A DNA stretch of 64,000 nucleotides from Camelus dromedarius (lineage: Eukaryota). Positions 1 through 10,017 of the stretch are shown piece after piece. Within the stretch, counting starts at the first letter, position 1; each line of letters opens with the position of its first letter. A model generated the notes under the pieces. That model saw only the letters and a list, made by a program, of their open reading frames with translations, searched no databases and was not told the origin of the DNA. A program made the position numbers and the translations under genes. The DNA lies in NCBI RefSeq assembly GCF_036321535.1, contig NC_087438.1, forward strand, positions 498,001 to 562,000. Reading direction: 5' to 3'.

Positions 1-1179
1 CCTGCACAGGCTCCCGTCAGGAGGGCCCAGGAAGGGGAGGCACTGTGTGTGGGGTGTGGGGTGGCAGGTGTCCAAGTAGGAGCAGCGGCCTGGGAGGGGA
101 ACCAGGTCCTGAGCAAGGTGTGCAGGGCATGGGGGTGGGGGGAGATTGGTCACTGTTGATCGAGTAAGTGCATTAAGGGTGACAGATGTCAGGTTTCTCA
201 CTGCAGAATTACAAAACTGAAAGAAAAGCAGAGCAGATCTGAAGCAGGTGCTGGACAACGTGGAGGCTACTGTGCAAAACACAGTTGTGGGTGAATGTGA
301 ACACGCATGTGCCTGCCCAGCGCCCAGGCCTCGGTATCTGGTGCCACCCTCCACCGAGGACCCAGGGCTCCGTGGAGAAACGCTGGTTCCAGGACTGAAG
401 GGCAACAGGGGTGCAGAGCAGAGGGCCCAACAGAGAGAACTCTGACGCAAGCCACACGGGGGCCGCAAACTTTCTAGCAGGCACGTCAGAAATCAAAAGA
501 AACAGGTGCGGCTAAACTTCATGTGTTTTATACAACCTGCCACATCCAAACTACCATTTTAAAATTTTTACGCACAACCCAGCGTGTACTTCACAGACTC
601 AGCACGAAAAAATACTGTGAGGCCCAGTAAGGTCTCCTGTGGATTGCACGTGAAATAAGACTTTAGATCCATCAGGTCAAATAAAACACACTAGGGTTAA
701 TTCCACCGCATCCTGGTTAACGTGACCTCGAGGAAGTCTGAAACTGTACATGCAGTGACTCACACTACTTCCGTTGTAGGGGCCAATCTAGGACGTCCTC
801 GTGTCAGAGGGCAGGCGCTCAAGGAATGGTGGGGCCTCCTTTTGAGGACCAGCAGCCTCTGGACAGGCTCACGGCTGTCACACCATGGTCAGGCCCGTAA
901 GTGACCGTGGTGGGGCAGAGACATGATACATAGGGAAAGGGGCTCAGCCTCTGCAGTGATGGGGTCAGCACCTCTGCCAGTAGGCACACCACACCCTTCC
1001 TGCCCTTGAGGTCCCCCCGTGCTGTCTGCATCCCAAGATGAGCCAGGGAGGACAAGGGCACCCCTGGAACACGGGTTCAGCTCCGACCGGATACTTGTCA
1101 AGACCTGACGGTCACCTCTAGAAGGTGACAGCTGTGCCACCGTCCTGGCAGAAAGCCCACGGCCATGCGGGGGTGCTAC

Positions 1180-1312
1180 CTTGCCCCCGGGGACGAGCCG
1201 GTTGATCCTGTCCCGGGCCTCGTCGGCCGCGTGCTCCACCAAGGCCAGCACGTGCTCCTCTGCGGTGCTGTCGGTCAGGCTGCAAGCATTTCCTTCCGGC
1301 TCAAACACGCAG
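1180..1312 (-). CDS. BRD9: BRD9 exon 8 (133 nt)
   Basis: cctcacag| [45 protein letters not shown] |gtagca. Confidence 0.95.
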
Positions 1313-4300
1313 CTGTGAGGCAGGAATACCACCCAAGTCGCCAGGAGGCGCACAGGCAGCTAACACCTCAGCCCCGGTCAGTCCCTAATGCCCACGCCAG
1401 GTCACACCAGAAGGCTGTTGGGGGCAGCGCCAAGCGCACTTTAAATTCCTTCCCGTAACCTCTACCCACAGCAAACGAACGCTTTCACTAAGCTGAGTCA
1501 GAGTCAGCGTTTCTGATGAGGCACCTGCCCGCTTCATCGCTTTAAGAGCAAGAGAAAAAATGTGACTCGTCGGGAGCTTCCTGCACTACAGCATCACTCC
1601 AGTCACTCCAGGGGCCACCAGCAAAAGTGACAACCACCCCACGCAGGGCTGAGGCCCTGAGGCGGTGGCAGTGGGCTGGGCCAGGGTGGGAGGAGGACCC
1701 GGGCGCTAGCCCTGAGGGAGGGCTGCAGGGGTGGGCGGAGTCCCTGCAAGGCGCCATGGGGCAAGGCCTCCGTGGGGACCTGGAGCCTGTGGCAGGGCCG
1801 CCTTCCTGCAGGTCCCGGCTTCACAGCAGCAGGAGCAGAGAGCTTGGGGCGGCGTGCCGAGAGAAGCAACCTCCCCACCATGATGCATGCTGGCTGCCAA
1901 TGCGGCACGACTGTGTCCCTGGGACACCCCGCGCAGGTCCTGCATGGAGGGCACTTCCTGGGAGCAGAGGGCCAACGAGTACTTGTTAAACAGCACGCAC
2001 GTGGAACAGCAGTGAGGTCAGTGGGGGCACTGCGCAGGGCCGACAGATGGGCTTGGCGCCCACACCTGGGACACAGCGCACACGTGGTGGGGGGCTGTCC
2101 CAGCCTTTGCCGCCTATGTCTCTCAGGGGACCCTTCCCAGGACAAGTGACGTGCTGGCTGCAGGATGGTGGTGCACTGGCATGTGGAAAGGTCAACGCCC
2201 CGTACAACTAACCTCAGGGCCCAGGTCTCCTGACACCCCGGTGTTAACAGTGACACTCATCACCCGCCCACCATGTCCCTCGCTCACGATCAAGATGGGC
2301 GAAGGAGCAGGGCCCCTCTCCTCTGGGCACTGGGTCTGAGCTATGTCCCAGCTGCCTGGCGAGACCTGGGGCTGGCACAGGGACCCAGCTCCTGTGGAGG
2401 GCACGCTCCCACCAGGCTGCACGTGTGGCCCAACCACCCATGAGCCACGGCAACACACGGGAGCACCTCCTCGCCCACAGCCCGCGGAGCAGTGGGCCCA
2501 GGCGGCCGGCCGTTACCTGATGACTTCTCTGCTCGGCCTCTTAGATTTCTTGGCAGTTTCTACTTGCACAGGCACGACTTCGGGAACAGGCTCCTCGACG
2601 GCTGTGTCTTCGCTGCCCAGAAGAGCTGCCTGCTGAGAGAAATCCATGTCCTGCATAAACGACACGCTGCGCTTCAGAGCTAACAGCCGCTCCTAGAATC
2701 AGAAAGCACAGAGCAGCAGGGACTTTACCTCTCCCTCCAGCCGAGGCACCGTGACGATGGCATGGGATGGGGCTGGTCTCACCTGGCCTAACCGCTAGCC
2801 CTCCACGGTGGGGCAGCCCAAGGGGCAGAGTCAGCAGGGCAGGCACAGGCCAGAGGGCACGAGCCGCGCCTCACCTACAGGTTGCTCAGGCGCAAAGCAC
2901 TGCCCTGGCCACCTGACGCACGCAGCCCGGCTCACGGGAGAGATCGGGGAGGCTGCTGGGACGGCCAGGACAGCCATCTGGATTCAGAGAGCGGCGCTCA
3001 AAGCAAACCTGCAGGGCAGGCTGCGGTCCAGTCAGACCAACAGGTTGGAGCCTTGCACCAACCCTACAGGAGACGGGGTGGCCAGGCCGCGTGCAGGAGC
3101 AGAAGAGGAGGTGCCTGGAGGAGAGGGCGGCTGGGAGGTCTACGCTAGTGTGGAAGGGCCCACGCGATGGCCAGTGACGCATGGATAGAAGTGTGTCATT
3201 TGCTGTGTTTCTGTTTTGGCCTAAAGAAGTGAGGAGGAGCCTGGCGGAGGCCCCTGGCCGTCAGAAGGCATCTTACTTTGCTCATCATCTTAAAGCCGGC
3301 GTGGAGGATCTTCTTGGCTAGCTTGTAGTACACGGTGTCTGGTCTGTTGTACGTCATGGCGTTGTCACACATCAGCTTGAAATCGGCCTGAAGGAGAAGG
3401 AAAGAACCCGTCATGTCTGAAACATCACACAGGTGACAGCAAAGAGTTGAGAATCCTATCAAAAGAGGCTGAAATGGAGTGGAAAACAATCTGGCTCTTT
3501 GATTTAAAAAATAAACCTTTTAGAATTGAAGTACAGCTGACTTACAATACTGTATTTGTAAACAACGTGACCGACAAGGGTGTAATCTACAAAATACACA
3601 AACAGCTTATATAACTCAATATCCAAAAGCAAACAACCCAATCCAAAAATGGGCAGACCTAAACACACATTTCCCCAAAGAAGACATCCAGGTGGCCAAC
3701 AGGCACATGAAAAGACGCTCAATATTGCTATTAGAGAAACACAAATCAAAACCACTATGAGGTGTCACCTCACTCCAGCCGGAATAGCCATCAACAAAAA
3801 GTCCACAAAGGATAAATGCTGGAGAGGGTGTGGGGAACAGGGACCCTCCTACACTGCTGGTGGGAGTATAAACTGGGCAGCCACTGTGGAGGACAGTAGA
3901 GGTTCCCTAAAAAACTAAAACTAGACTTACCCTATGATCCAGCAATCCCACTCCTGGGCACATTATCTGGAGAAAATGAAAACTCGAATTTGAAAAGACA
4001 CACGCACCCCAGTGTTCATAGCAGCACTATTTACAATAGCCCAGACGTGGAAGCACCTAAATGCCCATCGACAGAAGGCTGGATGAAGAAGTTGTGGTGT
4101 ATTTATATAATGGAATACTACTCAGCCATAAAAAAGAATGAAATAATGCCATTTGCAGCAACATGGATGGACCTGGAGATCATTATACTAAACAAAGTCA
4201 CAGAAACACAAATACCATACGGTATCACTTACATGTGGAACCTAAAAAAGTGATACAAGTCAACCTATTTACAAAGCAGAAACAGACTCACTGACATAGA

Positions 4301-7300
4301 GAGCAAACTTATGGTTGGGGGGAAAGGGGGAGGGATAAATCAGGAGTTCAGGACTGGCAGATACACACTATCATACATAAAATGAACAAGGGCCTACTGT
4401 ATAACACAGGGAACTGTATTCAGTATTGTGTAATAACCTGTAATAAAAATTTGAAAAAGAACACACATATATGCAAAAAATTGGATCACTTTGCCATATA
4501 TGTGAAACTAACACAACACTTAAATCAACTATATTTCAATTTTAAAAAAACTGCAGGGTGGGAAGGGATAGACTGGGATTTCAAAATGTAGAACAGATAA
4601 ACAAGATTATACTGTGTAGCACAGGGAAATATATACAAGATCTTACGGTAGCTCACAGAGAAAAACATGTGACAATGACTATATATGTTCATGTATAATT
4701 GAAAAATTGTGTTCTACACTGGAATTTAACACAACATTGTAAAATTATCACAAATCAATAAAAAATGTTAAAAAAAACTGCATTTCAGGTACAGCAAAGT
4801 TACATATTACATAAATACATATAAGTGATGTCACATAATACTTACCTTTCTCTGTCCGACTGACCTCACTTAATATGGTAATTGCTAGGTCCATCCATGT
4901 TGCTGCAAATGGCAGCATTTCATTCTTTTTTATGGCTGAGTAATTAAAGAATAATTTTTAAAAACTTTTTCTGAAAAATTTTCGTAACTGTTGATTGGTC
5001 TTTACTTGCATAAAAAGTATTCCAGTGGAAGTGTGCCACAGTCTGTACCTGGTGTTGAGTGTGACACATGCATGTCAGAGGAGTAAAGCAACAGGTCCCT
5101 CGCTTCCTTCCCAACAGCCTCCTCCCTCTCTTTGGGAGGAGCTCAGACGTACACAGGAGCGAGAGCCAACACCTGGCTCTTCTAAGCAACAGGGGAGGAG
5201 AGGTGGGCATGCCCTCTACCACTGGGGTTTCTCCACAGAATTCAAAACTATGTCTACAGATAGTTACTCTGGTACCGTCAGAAACACACCTTCCCTCTCA
5301 GTGAGCAACTTACACTAAAAGCACATTAAACGAAATACCTGTATATCATGCTAACCAAGTCACTTGGCACCCACCTGGCACAGGTGAGTTGGACATCAGG
5401 ATGGACAATGACCACCGACACCAACCACACTAATGGAGCGGGCGCTACCTGGACCCCTTTCGGGTCGCTGTGCCAGGGTCTCCAGGGCTGGGACTGATGC
5501 CAGAAAGCCCCCCCCCCCCCCGTTACAGGGCCCAACTGTGATGGGTGCAAAACTCTCTTGAGAACGAGGTGGATGCTACTCGCATCTTGGCTTTGTCACT
5601 GGGCAAGTGACCACACTGGGGGCTCCCAGGTACGAAAGGTCGAGGATGGCAGGGCACGGATTACTGTTAACTGCCTGCCCGTGGGGGTATTGCCTGATCG
5701 GCCTATGGAAACTTTCCTTTTCTCTCACTCTCTCCTCAGTCTGTTGTGTTGTTCCGGCAGGTCAGCAAACCCCCTCAGAAATGCCTCCAATCAGTAAAAA
5801 CAGAAAAGCCAAGCTTTTGCAAAGTTTACTGAACCAAAGAGAGAAACCGAATGCCCTTTCTAAATGATGCTGTCGTGTGCTGTCAAGCACTCATTTTGAT
5901 TTTCCCCTGAGTTTCAAAGCCAACAAGCCATACCTTTCACAGCCGCTAATAAAAAAAGAGTTAAGAACATAGTACTCAGAAAATATAAAAATATGTTATC
6001 CTAAAAAAAATTAAACTCTCAGATATTACAAGACAAAACTAAGCATCAGGAAAATTATGTTTCTATAAACACCCATTCTGGAGCCAGGCCACACGGAACG
6101 CGCCCCTGCTGGGCAGCACGTCTCTCCGCGCCAGCACAGCAGCTTAAAGAGCAGCGCGCCTGAAGGGAGCGACATGCGGGCCAGGCCAGCTCCAGACCAA
6201 AACACGGAGAAGGCCACAGCCCACCCACCTCCTTGACGCCGTGCTGGTGCAGCACATACAGACACCTGAGACTGGAAAAGACCGAAGACGCAGGAAGCAT
6301 CCACTGGACGTGAACACACATGGAGCTTCCTCACGATGATTTCAGGAGCTGAAATTAACGCACCTTAAATTCCGTGACTGACTTGTACTCATTAGCTACA
6401 ATTTTGTCTTTCATTGTGCCGAAATCCATCGGATGTTTTATTATCATCGAGTATCCAGGAGCAATGGCATCCGTGACAGGAAAAGCAAAAAACCCATGAG
6501 GATCTTTCCTGAAAACAGAAAACATCTTTATTTACACTGGAAAACCACTAAAAAACAAAATCTCTCACAGTAAAACATTTGATACAACTGACCAAATTTT
6601 AAGGTTGTTTCTTAAAAATAACAAATGGAATTTACGTTCCTTAAAATTGTTTTTGGATACACTAAAAATTCCAAAACTACCATCCTTGGCTCCAGCCGTG
6701 ACAGCTACATCAGGGCGTCTCTGATACCCCCGTGCTGACTCACGGCAGATGGAGCACGGAGGGGTGCTTGGGTCCCCCAGCTTTGCTCCCAACGGTACGT
6801 GCACCCCAGCGGCCTGGACATCCCCAGGAGAGGTGAAGTGATGGGGGGCCAGCCTGCCGCAGAGAGAAGACAGCCCAAATGTCCCTGCACAAGCTCTTTA
6901 CCTCTGGAGCTGGCGCAGGAAATGCTCGAGCAGCTGCTGAATAGGCGTGCTCTCGTTTTCAGCTGATAGTTTAAAAAGCAGAAAAAAACTGGATTAAAGG
7001 ACTTCATTATCACTTCACTAGAAAGTGGCTTCCAATTCATGGTACTTATTTACCTACTTCCTGTTTCACACTTTTTTAGGTTCAAATGAGAGTTGGGTAT
7101 GAAGACAAGCAGACGCGGCCTTGGTCCCCACAAAGCTCGGCTGCACCCCCGGCACTGGTCCCCCAAACCCCTCAGGCTGCCAACATTCCTCAGAACCACC
7201 ACAGGGAGCTACACTCATCAGCTTGTCCCCGGCCCCTCTCCCTCTTGGCACAGTCCAGACCAGGTGAGGAGGAGCAAGCAAAGGCTGTGGACATAGAAGT

Positions 7301-9616
7301 TGACCCTGGATGCACCGATACCACTTCACTTGAGAGTTCTAAACTTTTGGTCAGGCCATTGTTCATCTGTAAAATGGGAATAAAGTACACCCCACAGAGG
7401 AGCTCCTGTGGAGACTCCTACTGTGAACTCCGCCCCTGGACCCACAGTGTGAAAACATGGTTTTGGGAGATGTAAACCAAGAGGTCAGTATGGGCTTCCT
7501 TCTACAAGAGTATGCATGTGTGGTCTTTCTTGGCTCCGTCCACTGGGGTCCACACCCAGCACCCAGATCTCGGTTTCGTCGGGAAGGAGCCAGGGCTCCT
7601 TGGAGAAACAGCTCATTCCAGGGCTAAAGGGCAACATGAGCGCAGACTAGCAGGCCCATAAGAGTGACCCCCTGAGAGTGACCAGGATAGGTCCAAGAAA
7701 GCATCATGAGATCACTGGCTTTTCCGGAACACTGGGGAAACGCGAGTCGTAGGGCCTCAAACAGGCAGGTAACCAGACTGAGCGCGTAATTACCTGTCAC
7801 TGCAGTAACTCTGCAGGTGCGCTGCTCTGTGCCTGACCTCTGCTCCCACGGGCCTGAGCGCCACCAGTTCATCACAGGAATGACTCCACATAGGGGTGGG
7901 GTGGCATCAGGAAACAACACTCCATGACTGCAATACCTCCCACCTCCCCCAGCAAATCAAAGAAAAGAAATGCCTGGAAAGCAAACCTGCCTCCGACCCA
8001 GGCCCTCCTGACCACCCAAGGGCACTGAGGGAAGTGACCAAACACAGGTCACAGGGTCCTGAGCGTTCCGGAAGCCTTCCTCTGCTGGGGGCAGTGCAGC
8101 TGCACGTTTCAATGGCCTAAATAACTGACCTCAGCACTAACCTCCCCCTGTTACGATGAACTTCTTCTTAGCTCAGGGACTCAAAAAAAGAAAAGGCAGG
8201 ACAGGGGTGAGCCAAGGCCAGCTCTAGAAGTTTAAAGAGCCTGAGGTTCAGCTGCTCTGTGTGAGGCCCCAGAAGAGAAGACCCTCCTCCTTCTGTCGAA
8301 GGAGAGGAAGCCGACTACTGCATCACAGCGACCAGCTTAAAGCTCCAGGATCTGGAGACACCAGCACTTGCCTGGCTGCGTCCGGCAGGCGCGGACTGGC
8401 CGATCGGGGGGCGGTTCCACCTCCACCTTCCTCCCAGGACCGAAATCATCCGCCTCCCCCTCCGTGTCACAGTGCTCCTTCTCCCGTTTCCGCTTCTTCT
8501 CCTCCTGTCAGGCAGGGTCAAGGCAGTGAGAGCAACCAAGCAGCTTTAAACACATCTCCTGTTTCTCAGGGGAGCCAAGAGAGAAAGCCCTCTTCCAGAC
8601 TCCTCTTGCTCCAGGGTCCCGCCCTGACAAGCAACCCCCCCACAGGGCTCAGGCGACGGCCGCTTCACCAACAGCCAGAACTGAAGCGACTGACTCTGTG
8701 GGGTGCGCGCTTGGCTACAGACAGAGCGCCCCTTTCCCAAGGCGGGGAAGCACCTGTGCCGCCTGCCCCCAGGCCTTCTGGGCGCCCTCCTTCACCTTTC
8801 GCTTCCTCCTTTCTTCGTCGTCAAGGTGCTTCTCCTTCTCAGACTTCTTCTTCTTCTTCTTCTTCTTCTCTCTGTGTCTCTCCCGCTCATGGTCCGACCT
8901 GTCATCGTAGTAACTGGAGTCGTGGCCTGACCCCGAGAGTTCCGTCACTTCGCTTCCTCCGACTTTGAGGACCAGCTTCAGGGGCTTCTCCAGGGGCTTG
9001 TCTGCGTAATCTGTAGGCAGAGGTGGTGCCTTCACCCTGTGTGCTTACGGTGCTTCAAGACACGTACTGCCCAGACGGGGGCATGGCCGTTCCAAGGTGG
9101 GAGTCACAGGAAGAACACCAAGGCCCAGGAAGAGGGGGGACTGGCTGAACTAAGGTGGACCGCAGGCGAACGCCAGAACCATCGGGGAAGATGCCCGGCG
9201 AAAGGCAGTGGCAGGGCGCTCCTTCCCCTTCCCTTCCCTCTCCTCAGGCTGTTATCCTCGGGGAGCCAGGAGGGAGGCCCTCCGTCTCTGTCAGGGAGCG
9301 CGCGCCAGACCGCTCTCCTGTCCCCCGGCTCCTGCCCTGCAGCCGCCCCCGTGCGGCGTCCCTGACAGGGGGCCGGGCGCGGCAGGACCAGGGCACAGGC
9401 GGGGAAACGGCGGGAGACCTCGGAACACGAGACGCTCAGCGCGCTTCTCCAGGACGCCGCGGGGAGTGGAGCGGCCGGGCGCTCGGGAGCCGCGTCCCCG
9501 GGAGCCCCGCCGCCGCGAACGCCCGCCCGGCGTCACAAAGCGCGCCCGCGGCCTCAAGCCTCACCCTCGTACGACGAGCGCCATTCGGTCTTGTGCTTCT
9601 TGTGCTTTTTGCCCAT
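1180..9616 (-). CDS. BRD9: Bromodomain-containing protein 9 (ncBAF subunit), coding exons 1-8; gene continues beyond the left edge
   Basis: Exons 9565-9616, 8796-9010, 8372-8504, 6902-6962, 6364-6508, 3277-3387, 2517-2632, 1180-1312 splice in frame (966 nt): MGKKHKKHK...KPLKLVLKV...[29 protein letters not shown]...[10 protein letters not shown]...DEARDRINR. Confidence 0.97.
2517..2632 (-). CDS. BRD9: BRD9 exon 7 (116 nt; alternative upstream acceptor extends it to 2692)
   Basis: tctctcag| [38 protein letters not shown] |gtaacg. Confidence 0.92.
3277..3387 (-). CDS. BRD9: BRD9 exon 6 (111 nt), bromodomain acetyl-lysine-binding Asn
   Basis: ccttcag| [37 protein letters not shown] |gtaaga. Confidence 0.96.
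3558..4550 (+). mobile_element. 5'-truncated LINE-1 (ORF2 C-terminus + 3'UTR) in BRD9 intron 5
   Basis: Frames such as KCWRGCGE and [23 protein letters not shown]; ends with an A-tail. Confidence 0.93.
4556..4777 (+). mobile_element. Younger L1 3'-end fragment with target-site duplication
   Basis: L1-type 3'UTR ending tcaataaaaaatgttaaaaaaaa; flanked by AAAAAAACTGCA at 4544-4555 and 4771-4782. Confidence 0.8.
4783..4945 (-). mobile_element. Antisense L1 3' fragment (its terminal piece lies at ~3530-3557)
   Basis: ggtccatccatgttgctgcaaatggc...cattcttttttatggctgagtaat is the reverse complement of the motif at ~4115-4175. Confidence 0.85.
6364..6508 (-). CDS. BRD9: BRD9 exon 5 (145 nt), bromodomain ZA loop
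   Basis: ttttcag| [48 protein letters not shown] |gtgcgt. Confidence 0.96.
6902..6962 (-). CDS. BRD9: BRD9 exon 4 (61 nt), bromodomain start
   Basis: ctatcag| [21 protein letters not shown] |gtaaag. Confidence 0.95.
8372..8504 (-). CDS. BRD9: BRD9 exon 3 (133 nt), GC donor
   Basis: tgacag| [50 protein letters not shown]; frame is kept into exon 4 with the GC donor. Confidence 0.92.
8796..9010 (-). CDS. BRD9: BRD9 exon 2 (215 nt), includes a Lys run encoded by (AAG)n
   Basis: cctacag| [19 protein letters not shown]...EERRKRK |gtgaag. Confidence 0.95.
9565..9616 (-). CDS. BRD9: BRD9 coding exon 1 (52 nt)
   Basis: ATG at 9616 in GCCACCATGG Kozak context; [17 protein letters not shown]; donor G|GTGAG. 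Confidence 0.95.
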
Positions 9617-9925
9617 GGTGGCGGCGCCCAGGGCAGCAGCGAGCCTGGCCGGAGCCCCCGCGGCCCCGGCTGGCCGCCCGCCTCGCCCGCGGAGCTCCCC
9701 GGGACGCACCGGAAGCGGACGCCGCGGCCGGAAGTGGCCCCGCCCGCCGGCGCCAGCGCTTCCGGGTCAAGGGGCGGCTTGCCGAGCGCGGCAGGTTCGA
9801 AGCTCGGGCGCGGCCGGCGGGCTGAGGCGGCGGTGGCGGCAGCGGTGGCAGCGGTGTGGGGTGAGAGGCGGCGGCGGCCACGCTCCGGCCGGGCCCCCGG
9901 GGCTCCCGGCGGCGGCGGCGGCGCC

Positions 9926-10017
9926 ATGGACGAGGCCGTGGGCGACCTGAAGCAGGCGCTGTCCTGCGTGGCCGACGCACCGACTGTCCATGTGGAGGTG
10001 CACCAGCGGAGCGGGAG
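9926..10017 (+). CDS. TRIP13: TRIP13 coding exon 1 (92 nt)
   Basis: [39 protein letters not shown] |gtgagc. Confidence 0.95.

Noticed and set aside
1..1179. BRD9 downstream exons and the SF3B1-mutant poison exon
   Set aside because: Not seen here; they would lie beyond the left edge.
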